From Mobula hypostoma (lineage: Eukaryota): a stretch of DNA of 60,000 nucleotides. Positions 1 to 12,351 of the stretch are shown here, piece by piece. Position 1 is the stretch's first letter, and each line of letters begins with the position of its first letter. The stretch is from positions 133,674,001-133,734,000 of the forward strand of contig NC_086097.1 in the NCBI RefSeq assembly GCF_963921235.1. The letters run 5' to 3'. A model generated the notes under the pieces. That model made no database searches, was not told where the DNA came from, and saw nothing but the letters and a program-made list of their open reading frames with translations. A program made the translations under genes and the position numbers.

Positions 1-126
1 CTGTTGATTAAGTGTTGTCAGCAAGTACCTAACTGAGCAGCTGAGATTGGGAATCAGTTGGAGATGTCCTATCTGAGATTGCTTGATCTTTGATCAAAGA
101 TGAATTTCTGTTCAGTGATCAAAATT

Positions 127-800
127 ATACAAGAAAGTAGGCCAAAAAAAGTATATAAAGTCCCCTTGTAGTGCCAAGAGTGTCAGAGTGAGTTGGTGAC
201 TATGGCTGTACAGGTCAGTCATTGAAACTGGTGCTGTGGACTTCAGGCTTCTATCCTTCCTGCCCAGTAGTACCTGTGAGAAGATGGCAAGGCCCAGGTG
301 GTGGGCATCTTAGAGGACAGATGTTGCCTTGTTGAGGCAGTGCTTCCTGTAGATACTACCTGAGGTGGGGCGAGATGTGCCTTTGACTGAGACTATTACT
401 CTCTGCAGTTTCTTGCATTTCTGCACATTTGAAATACTCCACCTGACCATGATGTGGCCAGTCAGGATACATTTTAACAGTACAACTGGAGAACTTTGTT
501 AGAATGTTCAGTGACAAGTTGAAGCTCTTTAATCTTCTGAGAAAGTAAAGGTGCTGATGCTGATTCCTCGTGGTTGTATTTATGTGCTGGGATCATGGCA
601 GGTCATCCTGTATGTTGATGCCAGGAATTTAAAGCTGTTGACTCTTCCCACCACTGATCCCCCAATGTAGACTGGCACATGTTGGCCTTCCTTCCCCTTC
701 TGGAAGTCAACAATCAGCTAGTTGGTTTTCCTGAAGTTGAGTGAGAGGTCGTGGCAGTGGCTTCACTCTATGGATGTCTTATCTCACACTTGGAGTCTCA
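127..800 (-). mobile_element. Decayed Rex1/Babar-type LINE 3' fragment
   Basis: Similar by eye to other Rex-type 3' ends in the window (14365-14970, 10478-11110), e.g. cttcaggcttctatccttcctgcc and aatttaaagctgttgactc (rc encodes RVNSFKFL). No intact ORF. Confidence 0.6.
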
Positions 801-1249
801 GCACTCTCCCAAAACTTTACCCAGTTTGCAGCTTGATTTCACTGTGCACCACTTCAACAAAAAAAAAACTAGTGAACACATAAAAAAAACACACCCACAT
901 CAAATGGGTTACCTTATTCCCATTCTAGAAACAGAAATGCTGGTATTTGAAATAATTTGGTAGCGTAATATGTTCAACACTGCTTTTGATTCTGTTGGCT
1001 TTGTCAAATCACACCAGGTGGCGTTGGAGCATAATCTCAACCTTGTTTCAGACTGTTGTGCACTTGACAGCCAAACTTAACTACACACCAGCCACATCGG
1101 CACTGAGGCTATGAGAACAGGTCAGAGGTTTGGTATCCTGAGACAAGTGTGTGAGATTTTTGCTGGCACCACCAGTCCATCCCAGCGTTAGCAATGCCAA
1201 ATCAGAAGCATGCTGGAACATCCTCCCCTTTCCTTGATCACCCTGAATG

Positions 1250-1595
1250 TTCATTCCCTCGAACAGTGTCCAGTGACAATTCATCCAGCCTATTCCATCC
1301 ACACCCCTCCTCCGTCAGACATTCACCCTCACCCTCTCTCACCAAGCGCAGTAGGCACAGGGGCACTTTGTTTCTACAAACATCCCCCCCCCCATCCTTA
1401 CCTAGACAGACTCAAGCTTCCTATTATCTTTCTCCCCTCCTCAGTCCTCCGATTCCTCTGACCCCGCTCTTACAGGTAATCTCCCCTCTCCACTTTCAGT
1501 CCTGACGCAGGGTTTTGATCCAAAATGTCAACAATTTCTTTCCCCCAACAGATTGATGCTCAACCCCTTAAGTCCTTAATGCAGTTCATTTGTTG
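1250..1595 (+). mobile_element. Penelope-like element 3' remnant with degenerate hammerhead
   Basis: Pyrimidine-rich tract followed by cagtcctgacgcagggttttgatccaaaatgtcaac (from ~1497), the same layout as the 3' end of 47040-47632. Confidence 0.55.
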
Positions 1596-1964
1596 AATCT
1601 CCACAGGTTCCTGTCCTTGTCTCACACCATCCTGATTGGGAAATTAGTCACCATTTCTTCATCGTCACCAAGTGCAATTGTTATTCTCTGATCTTTCCAA
1701 CAGCAATTTTAAGTCTGTTAATCTTTGTCAAGACATTTTCAACCAGCTAGTATCATGCTCCTAGCTCTTGGTTACATATCAGCTGAGATTGGGGATCAGC
1801 TGGAGAACTTGATCTGAGGTTGCTTAATTTTTGATCAAAGATGAATTTCTGTTTAGTGAACAAAATTATACAAGAAAGAACACAAGTAGAACAAAAAAAA
1901 GAGTCCAGCACTTTCTTTTAGATGAAGCATTAACATTCCTTCTCTAGTCATAGTCACCATTTTA

Positions 1965-2120
1965 ACGAAGATTGAGGGAGGTTAGCTTTGGAGTCTTATC
2001 AATTTTATTCCTCAGGAAAATATCACCAAAACCGAAGTCTATCATGATCTAATTATTCTTTACGGGAACTTTCTTCGCAGAAATTGGCTGCCGTGTTCCA
2101 AAGTAACAGAGGTTACAGAG
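1965..2120 (+). mobile_element. Deu-domain SINE fragment (AmnSINE1/SacSINE1-like)
   Basis: Contains aatatcaccaaaac...gcagaaattggctgccgtgttcc, matching the Deu core also seen at 3395-3695. Confidence 0.5.
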
Positions 2121-3394
2121 CAGGACACCACAAGTTGTGGAAGGCCCAAAAAGAAGGCAAATCTTCTTTCCAGTGAGAAATGACTTATCAATAAGTTTCA
2201 GATGCAGTGTTAATCTATTGGGAGTAGGTTTCCAGGATTGTTTGTGAAGACTGTTGTTCACCTATCTCCAAACCTGAAGGCCTGAATTTTGACGCCTCAG
2301 GAGTCAAATAAGGGAAGGAATATTTTTGAAATGTTGTGCTGAAGTTGATGCATTAAAAGGACATCTTTTGTTTCAGCCTGGGCCCTGTATGTGCCCACTG
2401 GCAGAGGTTGTGCTGATAAACTCTGGCATTAATAATCTAAAGAACTCTGAGGAGCAGCCTCACACACTGGACAAATTAATCACGTTGCCTGCGATCTTCT
2501 CTCAACCTTTCCTTTCCTCAGAGAGCACTTGGAGAAGCAGAGTTTGCACACAGAATGGAGGGTGCATTTACATAAATGTAGCATGTGTTTCACCTAAACC
2601 CAGTCACCTCAGAGCACACGAGCTCCCACCCAAGTAGGGATTACACTGCTTCACATACTTTTCATTGCGGCTTCCTGACATTCCCTTCCCAACATCCCGA
2701 CCCATCTTAAGCACCTCATGTTAAAGGAAACCCTGCCTGTAATTGACAGTCATGTGATAAATCTTCCGGTGTCTATAATACTAATTATTTTCTGTAGTTA
2801 AAAAACGCCACATGTGCCTTAAGCAAATGTCATTGTTTCTCAGGGTATAAAGTAACCTTTTACATATTTATCAGATGTCATTGTCAAAGTTCATATTGGA
2901 CATGTAAATGAATTCATTTGCCAGCAGCACTATGAAAATGAAGCACAGATAACATCCATTTTAACATGCATCAGCATTCACACAAAGATCAGCCTTGTTC
3001 AGTGATACAGCTATTAGAGGTTTCTCTGACTCATAATCACCAGCCATGTTTGTTCAACTATACTAAACTTGCTAGTGTCATATTTGCCTTTATAATTGCT
3101 TCTTTGTTAAAAAAAATATTTGTTTCCTCTCAGTTCTGAAGAGAATGCGAATGTTTATTGCATCCCACCACTCCCCGCCACCCCCCCTCCCCTGGCCTAT
3201 ATACTTTCTCTTCCTTCTTTCTCAAACTGAAACCTAACACCACAGCGTTCACTGATCAAAATACTCCTTTGAGAATTAACTTCTAATTTCTTTTGTAGTT
3301 CAATTATGTTTACTTTTTTTCCAAAAAAATGTCTACCCTTGTGATTTGAAATAATTACTAAGTTGAAATCTAGTGCTGAACAAAATGATTACTG

Positions 3395-3695
3395 CTTTGT
3401 CAGAGGTGCTGACTATCACAAGTGATGTTAAGTGGAGGTGGATGTAAAACCTCCTGCAGTTACTAATTCGAAGAAGAGCAAAGGGGTTCTCCCTGGCGAA
3501 CAGAGAATTATTTATTCTTTACCAGCATCTAAAAGCAGATTATCTGCCAACTTGCATGATCCGCTATGTGGAAACTTGCTGTATGTAAATTTGCTGCCAA
3601 GTTTCTAGCATTGCAGCAGTTTCTCTGCTTCAAAAGAACAATTCTATTGGCTGTAACTGGGATGCCTGAGGTTAAGAAAGGTGCAAGAGAAATTT
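3395..3695 (+). mobile_element. Deu-domain SINE (AmnSINE1/SacSINE1-like)
   Basis: Motifs in the expected order: gtcagaggtgctg, ggtggatgtaaaa, gaagaagagcaaaggggttctccc, cagattatctg, aaatttgctgcc, cttcaaaag, attggctgtaa, gggatgcctgaggttaagaaaggtgc. This matches the DeuSINE consensus as I recall it. Confidence 0.7.
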
Positions 3696-4129
3696 TAATT
3701 AAATCCATTATTTTCAGTTAAAGTGTGTATTCCCTCCAGTCTTGACTCCTTCCTTTTAACTAAAGTTGTAATTAAACCTGTCTCTGGTTAACAGCTTCCA
3801 AAGAACTAGAAAAATATGTTTATCAGTGAAGTAATGAAACTACAGGGAAAATCTCATCAAAATGGCATAAAATAAAGACGACTCCACTTTAAAAATTGCG
3901 ATCTTTTTTTGTAAAGAAGCAGTAAAGGCTTTATTGAACTTTCTGTTGTTTTACAGTATGTCCTAATATGTGACCTAAAAATTCACTTTTCCAAGAAAGT
4001 TGGTCTGCAGTTATTAATTGACAAGGCACCCACGAAGCTCACACGGTGATTGTGTTGCAGTTCAGTACAAGGCACCAGACTTCAATGGAATTAAACAGGC
4101 CACAGCTGGAGCATTGTGTACACATCTGA

Positions 4130-4610
4130 TCACCACACTATGGGGAGGACCCGCGGAAGAGATTCATCTGAATATTGCCTGGGGTGGAACATTTCAGTTA
4201 TAAGCAGAGTTTGGATAGGCTGGGTTTCTTTTCCTTTGGGATCTGATTTGAGGTGTGCAAAATTATGTAGGATAGACACTCTATAAATAGCAGGATTTTC
4301 TCCCCATTGCAGAAGTGTCAAAAATTAAGGGACATGCGACTAAGGGAGGAGAGGTTTGGGAGAGATCTGCAACAGAAGTTGATTGGGATTTGGAGTGCAC
4401 TGGATGAGTGGTTGGTGGGAGTTTGCACTGTCACAACATTTAATAAGTATCTAGACAAACACTTGAATTACCAAGGCATAGAGCAAGAGTTCCTAAACCT
4501 TTCTAATGCCATGGACCAATACCATTAAGCAAGGGGTCTGTGGACTCAGGTTGGGAGCACCTAGCATAGAGGGTTAAAGATCATATGCTGGTAAATGGGA
4601 TTAATGTCGA
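4130..4610 (+). mobile_element. Old CR1 LINE 3' fragment, interrupted by a hAT MITE
   Basis: Degenerate CR1 ORF2 C-terminus (FNKYLDKHLNYQGIE). Confidence 0.6.
4484..4563. mobile_element. 80-bp hAT-type MITE
   Basis: Perfect 8-bp TSD gcatagag at 4476-4483 and 4564-4571. Imperfect TIRs caagagttcctaaacc / ggttgggagcaccta, close to CAGGGGTTCCCAACC. Confidence 0.75.
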
Positions 4611-4744
4611 TGATAATTGATCTACAGTTACTATCTACTCTAATCCCAGTGTACTCTTTTATTAGGCTCATATTTTGTCCTTCCAGGAATTACTGCAGAT
4701 TCTGATGAATTCACTTCAGAATGCAATACCAAGAAATTGGTTAC

Positions 4745-5960
4745 AAAGTGCCAGAGTTATAAAGCACAACATCTGTGCCTACCTAGACTTACCCTGTTTG
4801 GCCCACACCCCTCTAAACATTTCTTATCAATGTACCTGTCCAGATATACTTTTAATGTTGTAATTGCATTCACCTCTACGGTTTCCTCGCGCTCTTCTGG
4901 GTGGAGAAGATTGTTCATCGCATCCCCTTTAAATCTTTCCCCGCTCATCTTAAACCTGTGCCCTCTGTTTCAGACTCCCCTACCCTGGGAAAAAGACTGA
5001 CTGTTCACTTTCGGTATGCCCCTCGTGATTTTATAAACCTTTATGAAGTTACCCCTCAGTCTCTTGTGCTCCAGGGAAGACAGTCCCGGTCTATCCAGTC
5101 TCTCCTTCTAACTCAAGCCCTCTAGTCCTGGTAGCATTCTCGTGAAACTCCTCTGCATCCTTTCCAGTTTAATGAAATCCTTCTAGTTGGGCAGCTAGAA
5201 CTCTTAGATGAATCAGAGAGTCACAGCACAGAAACAGGCTCTTCAGCCCATCTAGTCAATGATGAACTATTAATCTGCCAAGTGTCATCGACCTGCACCC
5301 ACACCATAGCCCTCCATACCCCTCCCATCCAGGTACCCTTCTAAATTACTCTTAGATGTTGAAAGTGAACTCAGATCCTCCATTTCCACTGGAAGCTTGT
5401 TCCACACTCTCATCACCCTCCTGTGTTTCCCGTAAACATTTCATATTTCACCTTTCACCCTTAACCTGCTTGCATTTACCCTCATAATTTTGTATACAGT
5501 ACCTCTATTTAATCTCCATTCATTCTCCTACATTCCAGGGAACAGATTCCTAAACTATTCAACCTCTCCCTATAATTCAGGTCCTCAAGTCCTTGCAACA
5601 TCCTTGTAAATTTTCCCTGTACTCTTTCAATCTTATTGACATCTTTCCTCTAAGTTGGTGACCAAGACTGCACACAATTCTTCAAATTAGGCTTCACCAA
5701 TGCCTTATACAACTTCAACATAACATGCCAATTCCTGTATTTAATACTTTGATTTGTGAAGGCAATGTGCCAGAAGCTTTCTTTATGACCTTATCTACCT
5801 GTGACACAGTTAAGCACATTATCACCCAGATCATTGATATAGATAACAAACAGCAATAGACCCAGCGCCAATCCCTGCGGCTCTCCACTAGTCACAGGCC
5901 TCCAGTCAGAGAGGGAGCCATCTACTTCTACTCTCTGGCTTCTCCCATGAAGCCAGTGTC
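4745..5960 (-). mobile_element. Two adjacent decayed CR1 3' fragments (~4745-5185, ~5215-5960)
   Basis: Minus-strand remnants of the CR1 ORF2 C-terminus (LKVYLDRYIDKKCLEGCGPN) and a GVPQG-region remnant near 5870-5900. Confidence 0.7.
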
Positions 5961-6669
5961 TATTACTAGAATATGTGGTGATTGTCCATCATTTCTGACA
6001 ATGACAGGAAACTTGTGCAGGAGAGTTCTTAAAGTAGAAAAGCCGTTCCACTGAAGTCCAGATCCAGTGGTCCGGATAAATAAACAAAAAAACAGGTCAC
6101 AAATTTGATTAGCATAACTGAGAAAATAGTATTGTTTGTTGAGAAGGTGTACTATCCACAGGGAAATTTCTGATCTAGTAGTTTTGCATTTTTAGGTATT
6201 TACTGGTTATCCGTATATTTATTGCTTCAGCTGATGTCACTGCGCTCTGGAACTTATAAAGCATGGCAACATTGGATGTAGGAGCAAGAGCTGGCTTTCT
6301 AATCATCTGAGCCTGATCCACCATTCACCAAAATCATGCTTAAGGACATACTTCCGGGTGTAAAGAAGCCCCATATATTTCAACAAGTTCCAGGCTTCCT
6401 TGTAAACTCACCCTGCACTAAACGGAGTGACACAGAACAGTGAATTCTAACTTTTTGTTCATAGTTTCTCCTGAATTCCTTATTGAATTTATTAGTGGCT
6501 ATCATATATTCATGAGTCCTGGTTCTGTCCGTGCCCTTGAGTGGAAGTGTCTGTTCTGCAGCTATCTTCTCAAACCTTTTCATATTCATAAAGTGCCATC
6601 AGGTCCCACTTCAGTGTTCATTTTTCTAAAGAAATGAGCTTGTCATTCCTGATGGTTAGATCAGGGTGA

Positions 6670-6856
6670 GATGGTGGTGCAGTGGTTTAATTACTAAACT
6701 AATACCCAAAAACGTGAGTTCAAATCCCACTGGAGAAGACGTAAAAAATACATTCAGTTCATGATGTATAATTTAATTTTTAAAATAGCCTAGGAAGTAA
6801 AGGTGATCACAAAACATTTGTTGTAAAATAAAACCCATCTGGTTTATTAATGTCCT
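6670..6856 (+). mobile_element. tRNA-derived SINE, old
   Basis: Box A-like tggtgcagtgg, box B-like gagttcaaatccc, body aaaacccatctggtttattaatgtcc. A related copy lies on the - strand at ~26085-26281. Confidence 0.55.
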
Positions 6857-6874
6857 ATCTTCTTCCTACATGGA

Positions 6875-7625
6875 TTCATAGAGTTACCCAGCATGGAAAC
6901 AGGCTCTTCATCCCAACTTGTCAAAGCCAAACAAGCTGCCTGTCTATACTAGTCCGATCTGCCTGCATGGACCCATATCTCTCTGATCCTTCACCTTTGA
7001 CCCTTGTCCTGTGTCTCTCTATTCATTTCTTATCCATGTACCCATCTAAAGGCCTTTTGAATGCTAAAATTGCACTTTCTCTGGTCGTTCACACCATATG
7101 CACATCACCATCTATCTGGAAACACTTGCCTCTCATATCCCCTTTGAATCTTTCCCCTCTTACCCTAAAACTATGTCCTCTGGTTTTAGACTACTGGACC
7201 CTGAGAAAAAGACAGTGACTATATACCCTGTCTATGTCTTTTGGAGTTTTTAAATATCTGTAAGATCACACCTTAGCCTCCTTCTCTCCAGAGGAAACAA
7301 GCCCAGCCTTTCTGGTCTTCCCTTTTAACTCAAACCATCCAGACAGACAACATTGTGAATCTTTGCTGCACTTCTCTGTCTTCATCACACCCTTGCAATA
7401 GCAGGGCCAACGGAACTGCATACAGTACTCCATGTGCAGCTTAATCAGCCTCACCTCCTATACTCAAAACCTCAGCCGATGAAAGCAAACATACCATTTG
7501 CCTCCTTCACCACTATATCTACCTGTGTTGCCATTTCCAGAGAACTGTGTGCTTCTGCCTCAAAATCTTGCAGTTTATTAACATTACCCAAGGCCAGCCA
7601 TGCACTGTGTATGCCCTGGCCTGTC
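6875..7625 (-). mobile_element. Decayed CR1 3' fragment
   Basis: Minus-strand remnant LHMEYCMQFRWPCYCK, equivalent to the CR1 motif PHLEYCVQFWSP. Confidence 0.7.
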
Positions 7626-8149
7626 TACAGTCCTTGTATAGTTTGGCCTTCTATAAATATAGACCCAGCAGCATCCAATTACTGTCTGCATTATTTCAGG
7701 AAGCCGCTCAGCACAAGGAAATTAGAAATAGGAAAAAAGCTGGATGCTCCAGAAAAATTAATAAATCAAAAAAAATTCTCAAGTTCAAGTGTTATTTTAG
7801 GGAATTTTGCTGTGCATTTTCTTTGGCTGTGAATTCTTTCGATAATATGGAGATCAGAACTTTGCACAGGTCAGCAGGTGTGATCCAATCAAGATCCTGT
7901 ACAAATTTACTGTAACTTGTCAGTAAAGTTAATTACAGCAGACTATAACATATAGTGCAACACACACAAAATGCTGGAGAACTCAGTTGGTCAGGCAGCA
8001 TCTATGGAAATAAATAAACAGTTGACGTTTTGGGCCATGATCCATCTTCATGACATACAATACTGTTATTGACAGAAATATGAGGCGTTCGTATGAGAAT
8101 GGAAGAGCAGACTGAGGAGCAGCTTAAATAAAATCTTTATAATGTTATC

Positions 8150-8418
8150 TTTACATTGCATTAATCCCATTTCTATTCTCCATACATTCTCCTCCACTTC
8201 CCCCCCCCCCCCAACTCCCAGGTTCTAATACGCACCTACACAGCAGGAGTAATTTACAGCAGCCAATTAACCAATCAACCCTCGCGCCTTTGGGATGTGG
8301 GAGAAAACTGGAGCACCTGGAAAAAGTCACATGATCACAGGGAGGACCTGAGGTGGGACTGAACCTAGGTGTCTGGTGCTGTAAGGTAGTAGCTCTGCCA
8401 GCAGCACCCTCTGCCTTC
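8150..8418 (-). mobile_element. HE1-like V-SINE
   Basis: V-domain in reverse (aatttacagcagccaattaacc, tttgggatgtgggagaaaactggagcacctggaaaaag) with a tRNA-like head. Related copies at ~8865-9045 (-), ~26985-27220 (+), ~29225-29520 (+), ~48415-48680 (+), ~48825-49010 (+). Confidence 0.7.
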
Positions 8419-9074
8419 CTGCACAATTGGAACTGATGCATTGGAGGGAAGACTGGACAAGATGAAGGCAAGACAGATAGATGAAGAGAAGCAAGTGGAG
8501 GCAGGGAAGCAGAATAGACACTCGTATGAGCTAGATGGACTGTGGGTTCTGTCTCTAAGACATCCATTGTAAAGTATCATAGGGGAATGATTTTCTAATA
8601 CTCTAATTTTCATTTCTATGTGTGAATCATGATGTCTCACAAGCATTTTGTTCACTGCACAACTGTACCTGGTGCTCAGACAATTAGAGAAATTTTTTTG
8701 ATTGTCAGGAATCCATATTGACAGGAAAACTAATTGTAACACCCATATTTCCCTGTGAACATCGAGAGAGGCTATTTAACCCATCAGGGTCTATGCCAAC
8801 TCTTTGAGTGATTTCCCTATAACTCACGTCTCTCTCAAAGCCCTCTGATTCTCTTAACCAGGCACCGATGCTAGGAATAATTCACAATCACCAGTTATAT
8901 TAACAGCAAGCACACCTTTTGAATGCAAATAAACCATTGCACTTTGGAGAAACACACATAGTCAGAGGGAGAACATGTGGACTCTGTGCAGACAGCACCC
9001 AAAGCCAGGTTCGATCTGGGTGAGACAGCAGTGCCACATGTTGTGCAAATATAGAACATTCACAAACTGTGTTT

Positions 9075-9405
9075 GATAGAGCTGCACAGCACAGAAAAAG
9101 GCCCTCAGACCAACAAGTCCATACTGACCAAGATTCCCATCTAAGCTGGTCCCATTTGCCCACAATTATCCCATATCCTTCTAAACCTTTCCTATCCAAG
9201 TACCTTTTAAATACTGTATTGTTAATGTGCCTGTCTCAACCGCTTCCTCCAAAAGCTCACTTCATAGACTGACCATTCTCTGGGTGAAAGTGTTGCCCCT
9301 CAGGTCCCAGTTAGATCTCGCCCCTCGTACCTTCAACCTATGACATCTAGTTCTCGATTCCCAGCCCTGGGAAAAAGACTGTGCGCATTCACCTTATCTG
9401 TGATT
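9075..9405 (-). mobile_element. CR1 3' fragment
   Basis: Remnants DKVNAHSLFPRAG and MDRKGLEGYG. Confidence 0.7.
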
Positions 9406-10477
9406 GTAAATAGTTGTTTTGGGGTACGTCTGGAGTTAGGATACAGGTCAGTTGTTGATAAGTGGGGCAGCCTCAAAAGGCTGAGCAGTTTAATCCCATC
9501 CCCCCCGCCAACCACCCCCTTATCTTGGTTATAATTATAAGACAGAAGTGACAGCACAGAATATATAATACTTTGGTCAAAGAGTAAAGATCCATCCAAA
9601 TTCATTAGCATTAGCTATTTATGCTTTGGATGTTTTAATATTCAGCGAGTGCTGTTCTTAGTTAGAGACGGTCATTAGGAATCATGTCTGATAGTTAAGC
9701 CTGCAGTGGAATCATCTTGTGAAGAAGGCATCAGTCTATGATAGAAGGCAGTCACATAAGTAAGTACATCATGATAAGTGTGAATGCTACACGGGAAAGC
9801 CAGAGTGATGAAAAGTGACAGAGACCAAATGCAAGTATTGGGCACTCTGGCTCAAATGTTTATAATTAATGTTGTCACTGATTGCTTTCTTCGGCATAAA
9901 TGTTCAAATTAAAAAGGGCAGTGGCTCCAGGCAGCTATTAGCACACTCTCTGACTCTAAGTGTTGTATTAAATTACCACTTTTTGGCCACAAGCTAACCA
10001 TCTTAGTAACTGGTATCTTTTGTGATAGTGAAGTTAAATTGCATAATAGCTTTAAAAATGAGACTTTTATTCACAGTTAGTAACATAACTTGCTTACTAC
10101 AGCTTTAAAAGGCTTTATAGGAGTTCCACAATGGAATTAGAAAGGATGTAAAGGAGAGAAAGAGACCAGTTCAGCCGACCAGTAGATGCAAATATTATGC
10201 TTCAGTGAAGCCATGTTCAATCTCACTTCATTTCAGACTGTCACTATACCTTCCTCCATCTCACTCAAAGACATCCAAGTCATTCACTTCATCTGTTCCT
10301 CGCAGTAGGAAGCTCCATGTTCTAGTGAAGGGGTCTTTGACCTGAAAAATTAAGTCTCTCTCCATGCAGATGCTGTCGACTTGCTGAGTATTTCCAGTGT
10401 TTACTGATTTCATTACTGATTTGAAGCAGCAGCAGATGTACGAGTTTCGGACCATATCCTGACTATAGACATTAATA

Positions 10478-11110
10478 TTGGTTTATTATTGTCCTATGCA
10501 CCAAGATATAGAGTTTCCACGCCATTCCAGACATAGCATTCCACACATACATAAGAACATAGAGGGAATAAAAAGGAAAACAGAATACAAAATGCAGTAT
10601 TACATTTACAGAGACCGTGCAGTGCAGGTAGACAAATAAAGTGTAAGGGTTACGATTTGGTATCTGGGAAAGACTTTAGCATAAGAGAGGCCTGTTCAAG
10701 AGTCTGATAGAAGTAGGATAGAAGTTGTCCTTGAGCCTGGTGGTACATCATCTCAAGCCCGGTCGGAGTGAGGAGAAGAGTGAATGACCAGGATGAAAGG
10801 AATCCTTGATTATGTTAGCTGCTTTCCTAAATCAGCAGAAGGTGTAGACGAAGTCAGTGGAGGGGAGGCTGGATTTCATGATGGACTGGGCTGCGTTCAT
10901 AACTTTCTGCAGTTTCTTGCGGGCTTAGCAGAGCAGCTACTGTATCAAACTGTAATGCATCTAGGTAGGATGTTTTCTATTGCTCATCTGTAAAAATTAT
11001 TCAGCGTCATCAATGGCATGCTGATTCCTTAACTTTCTGATGATGCAGAGGCTTTGTTGTGCTTTCTTGGCTGTAGTATCAGGGTGACTGTGCTGGACAA
11101 ATTGTTGGTG
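10478..11110 (-). mobile_element. Rex1/Babar-type LINE 3' fragment
   Basis: Begins with ttggtttattattgtc (rc of the polyA-signal tail); body similar to 24985-25712 and 54670-55205. Confidence 0.65.
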
Positions 11111-11512
11111 GGATTTGGTTCTGCAGAGGTCCTCCTAAAATACTTACCTCTTAAAATTGTCATAAGCATTTTCTAAAATAAATTAATTGCATGGGGTCAC
11201 ATTGATTTTAAGCAAAGTTGTAAATCCAATCCTATGAACTATGGTCTCTTTCCTGATCGGAGAGAAAAATGAGTGACTCATAGAGAAGAGTTTTACACTG
11301 AACCGTGATTTGATCAAACAGGATGGGACATTTGGTAATTAAATGGGAAATTGCTTGCCCCGTGCAGGATCAGTCGGGTGAACATTTAATCCTGCATAAT
11401 TTTCCTAACCCAAGCACCCAACCTAAAGAGACTTCAGTCACAGGCATGTCTCTGACTGTGTAAATTCAGAACAGTATTTATCCCATGCTTATCACAGAAT
11501 TAGACAGCACGT

Positions 11513-11670
11513 GTGGGCACGTGACCAAATGGTTAAGGCATTGAACTAGCGATCTGAATGTTGTGAGTTTGAGCCCCCAGCCGAGGCAGCGTGTTGTGTC
11601 CTTGATCAAGGCACTCAATCACACGGTGCTCTGCGATGGCACTGGTGCCAAGCTGTATCGGCCCTTGCAT
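11513..11670 (+). mobile_element. tRNA-derived SINE head
   Basis: gtgaccaaatggttaagg (box A), gtgagtttgagccc (box B), then gtgtccttgatcaaggcactcaatc. Followed by a Rex-type 3' tail (~11685-12000). Confidence 0.65.
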
Positions 11671-12351
11671 AATCAAAGACTCCACCCACCCAGACCCCAT
11701 CAGGCAGAAGATATAAAAGCCTGAAAGCACATATCACCAGGCTCAAGGCTAGCTCCCAACCCACTATTGTCAGACTCTTGTACGATAAGATGGACTCTTG
11801 ACCTCACAATCTACCTCATTGTTTGCACTTTATTTTTCACGTGCACTGTAGTTTTTTGGTAGCTTTTATACGATCTTTTTTATTGCTTACCTTATTCTAC
11901 TTCAATGCACCATATAAGTATTTGAACTGTATAAGCAATATGCATGACAAGCTTTCCATTGTATCTTGATACACATGACAATAATAAACCAATGCTATAA
12001 CCAATATATCCAAAACAATGTAGGTCATAGAGGTCATAGTACTGGTCCTTGCAGTAGTTACTGACACAGACTTCTAATCAGGAACGTTTCCTCCCCTTCC
12101 ACCCTCTGCCTCTTTTCATCAATTAATTTTGGATCCAAATAGCCAGCTCACCTTATATCCCATGTGCCTTAATCATCTGAACCAGCCTACCATATGGGAT
12201 ATTGTCAAACACCTTGCTAAAATCCATATAGACAACATTTTAATTGCCTGTTTTTATTTAGGCACTGGAAGTGATAATGATAAGAAGAAAATTGCAGGGG
12301 GATGTTACAATCAGACAAGTATGACAAATATTGAGTAATAGTAGACAGTCA

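Noticed and set aside
11513..11585. Possible tRNA gene
   Set aside because: Box A and B are present but no cloverleaf forms, and it continues into a SINE body.
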